DNA of 64,000 nucleotides from Veleropilina oligotropha. Its lineage: Eukaryota. The notes beneath the pieces are model-generated. The model saw only the letters and a program-made list of their open reading frames with translations, did not search any database and was not told the DNA's origin. Made by a program: the position numbers and the translations under genes. Shown piece by piece: positions 1-11,436 of this stretch (position 1 is its first letter; every line of letters begins with the position of its first letter). Where the stretch lies: the NCBI GenBank assembly GCA_048128005.1, contig JBEUKZ010000104.1:186001-250000 (forward strand). Direction: 5' to 3'.

Positions 1-142
1 TATATTGGCCGCCATCTTGGATCCTTTGCTTTATTACATATAAAATAGCACATCCCAATTCACGAAACGTTTATATCATATGTATGGGCAGCCAAAAGGG
101 TATAAAATACGTTAAAACCAAATAAAATATCATAGTAACAAT

Positions 143-1010
143 TAACAGTCATCAATGGTCAAACGAACGGTCATCAATGCTTATACGAACAGCCTAAAAT
201 ATATCCAACAGTCACCGAATCAAAACAAACAGCCTAAAATTAACCCAACAGTCATCAATGGTCAAACGAACGGTCATCGATGTTCATACGAACAGCCAAA
301 AATGCATCCAACAGTCACCGAATCAAAACAGTCATCGATGTAAAACAGCCTAAAATTAATCCAACAGTCATCAATGGTCAAACGAACGGTCATCAATGGT
401 CATACGAACAGCCATAAATGCATCCAACAGTCACCGAATCAAGACAGTCGTTGATGTAAAACAGCCTAAAATTAATCCAACAGTCATCAATGGTCAAACG
501 AACGGTCATCAATGCTTATACGAACAGCCAAAAATATATCCAACAGTCACCGAATCAAAACAAATAGCCTAAAATGAATCCAACAGTCATCAATGGTCAA
601 ACAAACGGTCAACAATGTTCATACGAACAGCCAAAAATGCATCCAACAGTCACCGAATCAAGACAGTCGTTGATGTAAAACAGCCTAAAATTAATCCAAC
701 AGTCATCAATGCATGGTCAAACGAACGGTCATCAATGCTTATACGAACAGCCAAAAATATATCCAACAGTCACCGAATCAAAACAAATAGCCTATAATGA
801 ATCCAACAGTCATCAATGGTCAAACGAACGGTCAACAATGTTCATACGAACAGCCAAAAATGCATCCAACAGTCACCGAATCAAAACAGACATCGAATCA
901 AAACGGTCACCGATTCAAAACGACGGTCACCGAATCAAAACGGTCACCGACGCTAAACAGTCACCGATGCTAAACAGTCACCGATACAAAACGGTCAACG
1001 ATGCAAAACA
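143..1010. repeat. Complex tandem repeat array, ~103-116 bp units built of aacag/aacgg-tcatc/tcacc subrepeats, decaying into ~19-20 bp units at the right end
   Basis: aacagtcatcaatg recurs near 143, 246, 362, 478, 581, 697 and 804. The ORFs at 155, 615 and 709 are just repeat translations. Confidence 0.9.
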
Positions 1011-4000
1011 GACAAAACCCGAATTAACGCTAGATGTCGCTCAAGTTCTCTACACATAAACAACAGTATTCTGCCATGCGTTCAAGATGCAAAACGTTTT
1101 GTAGTGACACAAAATGTTTTGCGTTTTGTCGTTCAATTGGCAGAGCGCTTTCTGAAAACGTTTTGCAAACCGCGCGCAACCTTCCTATGTGACTCGCGAT
1201 GACCCTAAACCCGACCAAAATGGCGGACGATAGAACGATTATGAAAAAAGTAGGGACTGTCAAATTTATTTTTCAACTTGGGAGGCATTACAATAGGAGC
1301 AACACACTATTAACCGGAGACTTAATCCAAATAATATGTAAATTGAGAAGAAAATAGTTTAATTTATAATTGATATTGATATCTTATGGTGCTTTACCAC
1401 TTGTTTATTTGCTGTATGCGACAAATTCTAGCAAGGGCAGATAACTACACAACTCGGCGTCTTTCATTTTGAGTATTATATATTATGTAAATTTATCCCT
1501 TGTCTTGCTCATTTTCCCATATATAGTGCAACGTACACCGTTTATTATATACGTTAATTATTTTTTATTTACGTAAATAATTTATTATTTAGGTATATAA
1601 AAAATTGTTTACGTAAATAATTTTTTATTTACCTACAAAATTTTTATTTACGTAAATAATTCATTATTTACGTAAATAATTCATTATTTACGTATATAAT
1701 TCATTATTTAGGGTGCTCTCCCTTTTATTTATCGTAAGCGGCCAGACTATATTACAGAATACCCGTTATTTCTGGCATTCAAATTCCGTTCTTCATCACG
1801 GTTTGTTCAAACACTTGATCTTGTGTCATGGCATCAATATATCAATGAAATCTTATGGTTCTGACCAGTTATTCAATGCATGTCATTGATGCAGGGTATT
1901 GGTGGTAATGTATTACTGATAGAATGGAGGCGCCTGACCTTGTTGTTATGATATTGTCATGCATAGATTAGTACTGTCTATATTTTCGGTTACTCTTGCC
2001 GAGACAAGGTGGAACTGAAATGCGATACCAACCGCATGCGTCGAGTGCTTTTGAACCAACTACATTCAAAACGTTAACATTAAATTAATAATCGAAATCA
2101 TTACATTTTTATCTGATAAATCACAACATTTCGGTGTTCATGCTCGGCCAACATAACAGAAAACTCGACAGATCTGTTGATTGTGCCCTACTCCTATAAC
2201 ATATGAGACCGGGTTGACGTGCCTTCTGGTATTAGGAACTATAGCAGGCTCTAACGTTGTTGGAGTAGATTGTGCCCATGCAGTATTAATAACTTGTCGA
2301 ATCGTAGTAGTTGCAACATCGCATGACCTAGTTTAATCGGGATTTCTGTCACCCCCTTCTTCACACCGAGATATGGCGGCCCAGCGTGGGCCAGGAAGGT
2401 CACTATATTACTGGCGGAACTAGTTCAACTGTTGTCACATCAATCATTTCTAAAGCAGCATTTCTATAGGCCTAATGTGTATCTACTCTGATTTCAGCTT
2501 ACATGGAAGTAACTAAAATGTAGTTACGAAACAGAAAAGCGAAAACATAACGCGAATTTATTAAAAATAATAAAGTAAAAATGTCTTCTAAGTGCCATCA
2601 CTATGCCGGATTTAGAGGGATCCATGGGTCAGGACCACCGTGGGACCAAAACGAAATATTTTATAGACATATTTCACAGTGCATGTTAATTTGCAACTTA
2701 TATACATCAATAGTGATGCAAATGTTCATAAATGTTGATGACCACATCCCACCCGTATTTGCACTCAAAGGTAATAATGCTTGCAAATTTAAAAAGAGCA
2801 TTCTCTCATTTCATGTACGGCCGTCAAGTGATCACTTTAAAATTTAATTGGCGATCATAATTAGGTTAAACGAAATTTCATGATGTGAATTGGTAAGTTT
2901 TTAAGCACTTTTACATGGCTTAGTGTAATCGGCGGAGCAAACTTCCATGCGAACTTTTAATCAGACTACGAAACGGCGAACGAAACGAAACGAATATTAG
3001 AAGGGTTGATAAATAGCATTTAATAATACATTACGATACGTTTGTTTAGTCATGATATATACATATACATATGCAATGCAGCATACATATTTACATATGC
3101 GAGCGGCATTGATGCTATGAATAATAGGCTTCGTGTATGACAGATTCGCTCATCAGGACATCAGTCGACCTTTTTGAATACAGGCTAATTCGTACTCTTG
3201 CTAATTCGGACTCTCACTGATTAAAATCTCGGCTAAAATCACGTGATGTTAACGTATTATGTTGCCAGTTTTATGTTAAACGGTTCAATGGTTTAGATGT
3301 TTTCTTGATCACTACGTATGCAGGCAAGACATTTCATATAAGTTCCATTTGGAAATTAATTTAAAAAGAGTAATATAAGTGTCGTTTTATTATGTAAAAG
3401 TTTTGAGTAAAAATTAAAATTGTATTTATATAAATATGAAATGACTTAATGAGATGCCCTTATAACACATTTATAACGCATTTTTATATAAATGACTTGA
3501 AAGGATAGGTATTAATTGCTGGCAATGTTAGTTAATAATTAGTAAGGTATATGAGGTAAATATTGTAAGTAATGCTCTCGTATGATTTATGACCGAAACG
3601 ACCCCGCACCGCCCAAGCTTGCCATGGAACACTACAACCATCAGTCGGCCTACGCCAAAACCATCAGTGCGTTTTCCCAACCAACCCGGCATTCCACCAA
3701 CGATAATAATAATTATAGACATGACCCTGAATGAAATTAAAAGCACGAGTTAACTCCCGTTGCGTTACAAAGAGAGCAAGAGAGACGTATTGGAATGATC
3801 CCTCCATCAAACGTGGGCCAATATATCCTCTATCATCCAGTATACATATATATGCACACACTTCAGTTAGGATCTTTGATTAATGCTCACCTTTGGCAGA
3901 GGCAGGAGTGAAGCCAAGGAAAAACCAATCATTTTATAGACCATTGACTTTGCTCCACATACCGTTGAAGATTCGAATCCACCGCATTGTAATCAGTGTG

Positions 4001-4540
4001 ATCATCAATACCCACATAAGGGGAGGGGGCTATTTGACGGTGGAATTGGGGAGGGTCACAGGATATATGGGCGAGTCATGAAATAAAACCACAACGTTTG
4101 TCTCGTAAATCTAGTTTTGGCGAAACTTGTTCTTAAAAAGGCGTAGGCAAGAAATACCACGTTTGTTCTCTTAAAAAGCAGGAGAGGGAAATCACCCCTG
4201 AGGATGGAGTGTGAAGAATGGTTCAAAGACCTTCCAGGGCCTGTTCATGAAAAATACAACAGATCATTTTTGAAATATTGAACAGACGATTTTCATCGGC
4301 CCACCCCGCCTCATATAATAATTCAGAAAGTCGGACAGTTAATTATCAGTTGATAATATATTATAATAGTTTAACGCACCGCTATTTCAGAAAATCCTGT
4401 TTCGATCCGCCCCGTACACGCGTAGGCCTATAGGCCGAAATGTAGTGATCAATAGGAAATATCTAAACCATTTAACCGTTAAACGTAAAATTAGTAACAC
4501 AATAAGTGTTTATTTGAGACAGCTTGTGGAGGTGAGGTCG

Positions 4541-5346
4541 ATTAGCGCAGTTCATTGTTACCATATAATATAGACAAGGGAGGTCACTAAGGACGGGACA
4601 TATACTGTACCATCCTGACGTTTCAATGCATTATTTCATTTGTCACAAGATGTTGGTTCGAATATGTCAAATTCGGGAAGAAGAGGTATATATGCGTCCC
4701 GTTTATTTAGTTGTTGTTTACAAGAGAGACTTAGTAGATGTTTGCAAGAGGTGCAGGCGCGGATCCAGGCCAGGGCCCCCCCCCCCTAAATTTGGCCAAG
4801 CATACTAAAGTAATGTGTATAATCTGATACAAATGACTTTCAGAACATTATAAATAGGCTGTTTCAATGTAATAATGCAGGAGGGGAGATTTCACATCGT
4901 TAATTGCCAAACTTTTCTTGCTCGTGGGGTGCCGACCTCACGCGGACAATTCGATTATGACAAAATAAAATTTGACTCGTGCTATTTGAGTGACGGTGGT
5001 TCATAAAATGTTAGAATGAAATATCTCTTTTGCCCTGTCACTGATAGTATATTCAGCGCCCCCCCCCCCCCCCCCTCAGCGAAATTCCTGGATCCGCGCC
5101 TGATGTGTAAGTTAATTTTTAAATATATTGTTTGTTGAACAACCTAGTGTTAAATACGCGTAATTTGCCATTTATTCGTCATGTTATCGACTAGAGAGCA
5201 GCACACGCTGGTCATTGGTCACTATTCGAACCAACAACTTGTGACAAATGAAATAATTCAGTGAAATGTCGGGATGGTCAACTATGTGTCCTGTCCTTAG
5301 TGACCCCCCTTGTCTATATTATATAGTAACAATGAACTGCGTTAAT
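4541..5346. mobile_element. MITE with ~120-bp imperfect TIRs nested in the MULE
   Basis: attagcgcagttcattgttaccatataatatagacaaggga...gttggttcgaata (4541-4664) is inverted at 5223-5346. TSD not resolved. Confidence 0.7.
4754..5102. mobile_element. CAGGCGCGGATCCAGG-type MITE (hAT-like termini)
   Basis: 16-bp TIR caggcgcggatccagg / cctggatccgcgcctg, poly-C tracts, flanks aggtg / atgtg (4 of 5 match). Confidence 0.75.
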
Positions 5347-5373
5347 GGTCAAATGGAAACAGCCGAACGATAA

Positions 5374-6635
5374 AATGATGTTATCAGTATTGTGTGGATT
5401 CTGGCACGTCGGAAACCTCGAGTGAGGTCGTAGTTTTTGCGGCGGATTAATCGCGAGAACGAAGTTCGAGCGCTTAATCCGCCGTAAAAACTACGACCTC
5501 ACGAGAGGTTTCCGACGTGCCAGAATCCACACAATTACTGATAACATTTTTATTATATGCCACAATCAATCCTGTCAATTATTATACGAAAAAATACAAA
5601 CCAGTTTATGTGAAGAAATTGTCGGTTTAATTTAAATAACATGAACTATATGACAACGTGAAACAGTATACATGTTATGCGGTTTTTATGAATGAAAGCT
5701 GGGACTACTATAAGAGGGACTGGAAGCTCTGACCAATTAGCCGACTCGCTGCGCTATTGTTCTCGTGTTTACCGCACTGCGCATGTGCGTAGTGGACTTT
5801 GGCTTTGTGACAAGACTATTTCATCCCCAATTAGGATAAATGCGGTAATTTATAACAGTTTGAATTCACAAAATATCTATTAAACACGAAATTCGATTAA
5901 CACAACATAATTATGATAACGCATTTATATTTTCAATTATTTTAAATTTGTACGGCATTCAAACTAAATAAATTGCATAATTATTTTTACTAAATAAAAT
6001 TAAATTCAACCAATTATTGAAAGAGATCTATGTTAATCGTTAAATAAATTGATTGGGCAATTAAAATATAAATAAGTTCTTATGAATTTATCTTTATTAC
6101 TGAATCGGAACCATATAAATGGCCCCAACTACTTTTCTAATGGTTATCAAAACAAAAGTTTATATTCAATAGGGACAATAAAGGTAGCCACTAATTGCAT
6201 TTCATTCTATGTTTTGCTTTACATGTTGTTATAATGTACAAGCGGTCAGTAATTTGTCTGTGCAATAACAATTGGGACAACTTAAAGTTGACACTATAAT
6301 GAAGTATTATTGAAACGGACCATGTTACCAGTTAGACACCTTTGATAAGCTAATTTAAGAAGTAAATAATTTAATTAAATCTTCTTTTTATTACCCTGTA
6401 GATTCGATGTAGAAAAAATGTGAAAATATTCAAAAATAAAATGCAACAAATAAAGAAGAGAGTCCATAACAAAATGAATATCAACGCTTGACATATTTAA
6501 GAAAATTGGTCGTTTTAAAATGCAAATATGTGGAGCAGGAGACGTTTTCCGTTTCCATATCAGATGTGTCCGTGATACGGGGTCTCGGAAAACTGCGCGA
6601 GAATAGGCGTCAGAAAACGACTGGCATATAATAAA
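5374..6635. mobile_element. Non-autonomous element with a ~170-bp terminal hairpin and tttattatatgcca / tggcatataataaa inverted repeats (Helentron/HINE- or Crypton-like)
   Basis: Hairpin at 5378-5547; inverted motif at ~5549-5562 and 6622-6635. Shorter family members in the opposite orientation at 10591-10972 and 19476-19961. Confidence 0.7.
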
Positions 6636-7159
6636 CAGCGTTACATGCCCCTGTGTCCGAATCAGTATAAGATGTGAATGAGCCGAGATTATAATCAATG
6701 AGGTTGAGGTTCCGAATCAGCAGGAGTTCGAAGTAGCCGGTATTCATATATAGGTCGACTGATTCATGAGTGAATCTGTCGTTCACGTACCCTATTACTT
6801 ATAGCATCAATGTCGCCCGCATATATATAAATATGTATGCACATAATATAACAAACGTGACGTAATATATAATTTAAATTATATGCTATTAATCAACCCT
6901 TCAAATGTTCGTTTCGTTTCGTTCGCCGTTTCGTAGTCTGATTAAAAGTTCGCATGAAAGTTTGCTCCGCCGATTACACTAAGCCCTTTTACATGCACTT
7001 ATAATGGATATATTTGCGGTCACATGACGCATTTCCCGGTAGACCAGGATGTACGCAAACATTGCACCAATACGGAAGACGAATGTGCAGAGGTCCGAAA
7101 TGTAAGGTTTTCTATAAGATATTCGGGCCGCTTATGATAACTAAAGGGGAGAGCACCGT

Positions 7160-7800
7160 AAATAATGAAATAGTTTTGCTAAATAATGAATTGTTTAGCT
7201 AAATAATGAATTGTTTAGCTAAATAATGAATTATTTAGCTAAATAATGAATTGTTTAGCTAAATAATGAATTGTTTAGCTAAATAATGAATTGTTTAGCT
7301 AAATAATGAATTGTTTAGCTAAATAATGAATTGTTTAGCTAAATAATGAATTGTTTAGCTAAATAATGAATTGTTTAGCTAAATAATGAATTGTTTAGCT
7401 AAGCAATTTACATTATTTAGGATCGAAAATCTATTATTTAGAAACAATAAATTATTTACGTAAATAAAGACTTATTTACGTAAATAAAGACTTATTTACG
7501 TAAATAAAGACTTATTTACGTAAATAAAGACTTATTTACGTAAATAAAGACTTATTTACATATATAAAGACTTATTTACGTTAATAATGATTTATTTACC
7601 TATATAATGATTTATTTACCTATATAATGATTTATTTACCCAAATAATGATTTATTTACCCACATAATGATTTATTTACATAAATAATGATTTATTTACA
7701 TAAATAATGATTTATTTACATAAATAATGATTTATTTACATAAATAATGATTTATTTACCTAAATAATGACTTATTCCTACGTAAATAAGAATTTATTTA
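7160..7800. repeat. 20-bp minisatellite arrays (aaataatgaattgtttagct; taaataaagacttatttacg; taaataatgatttatttaca)
   Basis: Directly visible 20-bp periodicity. Related arrays at 8045-8255, 18225-18620 and 18898-19055. Confidence 0.95.
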
Positions 7801-8909
7801 GGCAATCATTTTCATTATATACATAAAATCCGACTTGTGAAAATTATTTATAAACAAAGTTTCTTGTAGTGCATCACTACCATTATATATAAATAATGGC
7901 AAAGTCTGGCATTTGACCAAAATTATTTATAAACAATTGTCTTTTTTGCCTAAAGCAACAATTATATACATATAATACGAACTGTGCTTAGCGATGGGCC
8001 ATGTGTAAAATATTACCCCAAATCAATTATTTATAAATAAATTATAAATCATTATTTACGTAAATAAGTCATTATTTACGTAAATAAGTCATTATTTACG
8101 TAAATAAGTCATTATTTACGTAAATAAGTCATTATTTACGTAAATAAGTCATTATTTACGTAAATAAGTCATTATTTACGTAAATAAGTCATTATTTATA
8201 AATAAGTCATTATATAAGTCATTATTTACGCAAATAAGTCATTATTTATAAATAATACTATGGTATGTCTATATAATGCAATTATATATAAATAATAGTG
8301 CTAAATAATAAATTTACATATGGCCACTCATAACTGCAACCCATGACTACACGGTGAACTTGTGGAGATCATGCCGCCACGTCGTCTCACTGTAGTATGA
8401 CATAACGAGCTAATTGCCCACGTGATATACTTCTTCCCATAAATAGATTTATCACATAAATTTCGATATAAAAAGACACGTCATATAAGTATGCAAATGA
8501 GGGCTAGCATGACGGCCGATCATCGCATCTGGCGCCAAGTTGATTAGGCGGCGCATCACCCTCATTAACATAATGAATAATTCATACGCGTTGACTCGTC
8601 GATTACTGACGTTGAACTATTTTTTATTGGCATATTGGCGTGGTGCGTGCTTTCGAGGCATGATGCGTCTGAGGCAATGGCAATTTATGGCTGAAAGAAA
8701 TGTGTTTAAAAACGCAATAAAATAAGTTTAAACGTAAATAAAGTCATGTGATAAAGAAATATGAAACTTGTGTATTATGAAACTCGTCAGCAAATTTATG
8801 TACCTCGCCAAGGCTCGGTACATAAATTGTGCCCGACTCGTTTCATATTTATCATATGGAATGGACACTCGTTCGATATCCTCTATGTATTATACCGATG
8901 GAGTATTAT

Positions 8910-9300
8910 TCAAGTCAATTCAATTCAATTCAGTTTTATTTAGCTATAAACAAATACATACTTGTCGCTATAATTATACATCTATGACGGACAGGCTATA
9001 AACTATGAGTACAAATGCATATGTATCAGGATTAGCAAGAAATGTAGATGCAAATATATTAATATAAACATATATATATATATAAACATAAAATATAGCA
9101 AAGACATATGTAATTATAAATATATTAGAATACAAATATAAATGGATTAAATGGTTTTTGGAGGAACCAGTATTATTAATTTAAGTCAATACAACAAAGA
9201 GGAGTGCTCAGCAGATAATCATACACGGCATTGAATAATCTCACAATGAAAATTGCAATGCATGTGCTGTATATATAACAGTAATGGTAACATTAAACAG
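8910..9300 (-). mobile_element. Probable 5'-truncated LINE 3' end
   Basis: Minus strand reads aataaaactgaattgaattgaattga (poly(A) signal plus microsatellite tail) exactly where copy A diverges from copy B. No clear ORF. Confidence 0.35.
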
Positions 9301-9335
9301 TTGATGTAATAGTTTAAAGCTTATATATGATTATT

Positions 9336-9671
9336 CGGCGCTCTTTCGGTACTTCCCCCACAGCTCCGGCTTTTACTCAACTTTGGAAATCCGGTTTTTC
9401 ATCTCCGACTTTGGACGCGTCGTTAATGTTAAATCCATGGGGACTAGCAACAGGTGAACCTCGGTCAGTCCAGGCTCACGGGGCGGTCCGGTGTATATAC
9501 GTTTGCAAAGCCAATACAACTACGTACCCATCACGTGTATCTTATCGCAAGCTGCATTTGACTTTAGTAGCAGATAATACGCGGAGTGTGAAAATTTAAG
9601 ACGAATACAAGCCGGAGCTCCTTAAATATGTACAAAATTCGGAGCTGTGGGGAAGTACCGAAAGAGCACCG
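9336..9671. mobile_element. MITE copy 1, CGG...CCG termini, 6-bp TSD
   Basis: TIR cggcgctctttcggtacttccccacagctccg / cggagctgtggggaagtaccgaaagagcaccg; flanks attatt at 9330-9335 and 9672-9677. Confidence 0.85.
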
Positions 9672-9707
9672 ATTATTCCTTATAGTCCAAGAATGTTTTA
9701 GAAATAT

Positions 9708-10035
9708 CGGCGCTTTTTCGGTACTTCCCCACAGCTCCGGCTTTTACTCAACTTTGGAAATCCTGTTTTTCATCTCGATAAAATACGAATTTGGACGCGT
9801 CGTTAATGTTAAACCATGGGGACTAGCAACAGGTGAACCTCGGTCAGTCCAGACTCACGGGGCGGTCCGGTGTATATATATACGTTTGTAAAGCCAATAC
9901 AACTACGTACCCATCACGTGTATCTTATCGCAAGCTGATAATACGCGGAGTGTGAAAATTTAAGACGAATACAAGCCGGAGCTCCTTAAATATGTATAAA
10001 AGCCGGATCTGTGGGGAAGTACCGAAAGAGCACCG
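9708..10035. mobile_element. MITE copy 2, same family, different 6-bp TSD
   Basis: Near-identical to 9336-9671; flanks aaatat at 9702-9707 and 10036-10041. Confidence 0.85.
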
Positions 10036-10062
10036 AAATATCCCTAGTTTACCTCTTCCACA

Positions 10063-10332
10063 GGGCCGCTTCGGCAGCACAGTGGGTAGAGTGTCCACTC
10101 TAATTTCACTGGCTTGATTCCGCTAATGCGAACAGTAGTGGGTTCAATACCTGGCTGATGCATTGAAATTTGTTCAAGTTATGAATCACAGTTGTCCGTG
10201 ACTGGCCGAAGAGGGCGGGTTTACCCGGGCGACCGGGGTTTCCTCCCGCGATAACACGGACATGTCCTTCCTTGAACCTCGATGTTGTAAATATACAGGA
10301 CATTAAGCATCATTCCTCCCCCCCCCCCCCCC
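10063..10332 (+). mobile_element. tRNA-derived SINE (V/Meta-type ggtttcctccc core)
   Basis: A-box-like cagcacagtgg, B-box-like ggttcaatacc, core ccggggtttcctccc, tail ggacattaagca. TSD acctcttccac on both sides. Near-identical to 53881-54139. Confidence 0.8.
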
Positions 10333-10590
10333 ACCTCTTCCACTTCCAATAGTATCGCCCATTTGGTGTATGCCTCGAACGACTACGTTCCTCTAACGAC
10401 TAAGATTGGGGATACGCCATTTACAATACATCGATTTAATCCGATTACTAAGTGGGGTAATAAACTGAACACGTAACCAGTGAGCAGGGTTTATGCGTCT
10501 AACGACTATTCCTCTAACGACTACGATTGTGGATTACACCATTTACAATAGTACATCGATTTAATCCGAGTACTAAGTGGGGTAATTAAC

Positions 10591-10972
10591 TTTATTATAT
10601 GCCAGTCGTTTTCTGACGCCTATTCTCGCGCAGTTTTCCGAGACACTGTATCACGGACACAGCTGATATCGATTCAGAAAACGTTTCCTGCTTATATATT
10701 CACAGGAAAACGTCTCCTGGTTATATATTCAAAATGGCAGACAAATCGTAGGAACTACTTCCAATATAGTATTATATACTATTTCAACCTCGCTTACGGA
10801 TTCGTGACTAAAATTACCATAATCTTTCGTTTCAATTTAATAAGAAACTTGTTGTGGCATATAATAAAAATGTTATAAGTTATTGTGTGGATTCTGGCAC
10901 ATCGGAAACCTCTCGTGACGTCGTAGTTTATTCGGCGGATAAATCTCGCGAACGAATACTGATAACATCATT
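10591..10972. mobile_element. Short member of the 5374-6635 hairpin family, with one hairpin arm deleted
   Basis: Starts tttattatatgccagtcgttttctgacgcc. The equivalent in copy B (19476-19961) keeps both hairpin arms. Confidence 0.7.
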
Positions 10973-11436
10973 AGTCCTACTATAATACTCAGGCAACACC
11001 CCCAGAAGTAACTCCGGATGTTCGTTTTGTTATACAAGTATAATTATGTCGATGGCAGTTGGATCACTGCATATATTTTCAATCGAGATATCCACTTACG
11101 GAGAAAGATAATGTATGTCGCTAACTAGATATTGTATGTCGCTAACTAGATATATTATGTTGATAACTACATACATATCAGTCTGATATGTGAATATGTG
11201 GATGGGAGAAATATGCAGAAACAATTCAACATAACTATAATACAACGGTGTGAGCTGTATGTTGAGCTAAGATAGTATGCATAAAATATCCACGGCGGCA
11301 TAGTAACTATCTGCAACTGAGACTAAACCTATACTTTTAAAATGCGCAGTAATCATAAGTAATTATTATAACGGACAGACAAACAACCAAAAGTTAAAAC
11401 ATAATTTTTGAAGGTATGCTGGTCTGCCGGTCGCTG

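Larger units (their letters stand above)
2917..6985. mobile_element. Non-autonomous Mutator (MULE)-type DNA transposon with long TIRs and 9-bp TSD, carrying nested insertions
   Basis: Termini ggcttagtgtaatcggcggagcaaac... and ...gtttgctccgccgattacactaagcc. TSD cttttacat at 2908-2916 and 6986-6994; a single cttttacat marks the empty site at 17952-17960. Imperfect inverted similarity continues 3165-3235 vs 6680-6760 and 3261-3315 vs 4442-4498. Confidence 0.85.
1550..8332. mobile_element. Foldback-type non-autonomous DNA element with inverted arms made of 20-bp AT-rich tandem repeats (interrupted by the 2917-6985 insertion)
   Basis: 1690-1765 (ttatttagggtgctctccc...taagcggcc) is the inverted counterpart of ~7105-7170 (gggccgcttatg...ggagagcaccgtaaataatg). 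Both adjoin ttatttacgtaaataa-type arrays. The right end reads ...tggccactcata. A second copy lies at ~16790-19132. Left boundary uncertain. Confidence 0.55.

Noticed and set aside
155..1059. ORFs of 60-116 aa at the window start
   Set aside because: Translations of the tandem repeat; no domain or splice support.
3125..3165. Minus-strand CTGATGA resembling a hammerhead ribozyme core
   Set aside because: No stem II followed by GAAA and no matching stems I/III.
7160..8255. Regular short repeats as a CRISPR array
   Set aside because: Head-to-tail 20-bp units without unique spacers, in eukaryotic DNA with no cas genes.
10063..10155. tRNA gene (also 53881-53980)
   Set aside because: Pol III boxes are followed by a shared SINE body, tail and TSD; no proper cloverleaf.
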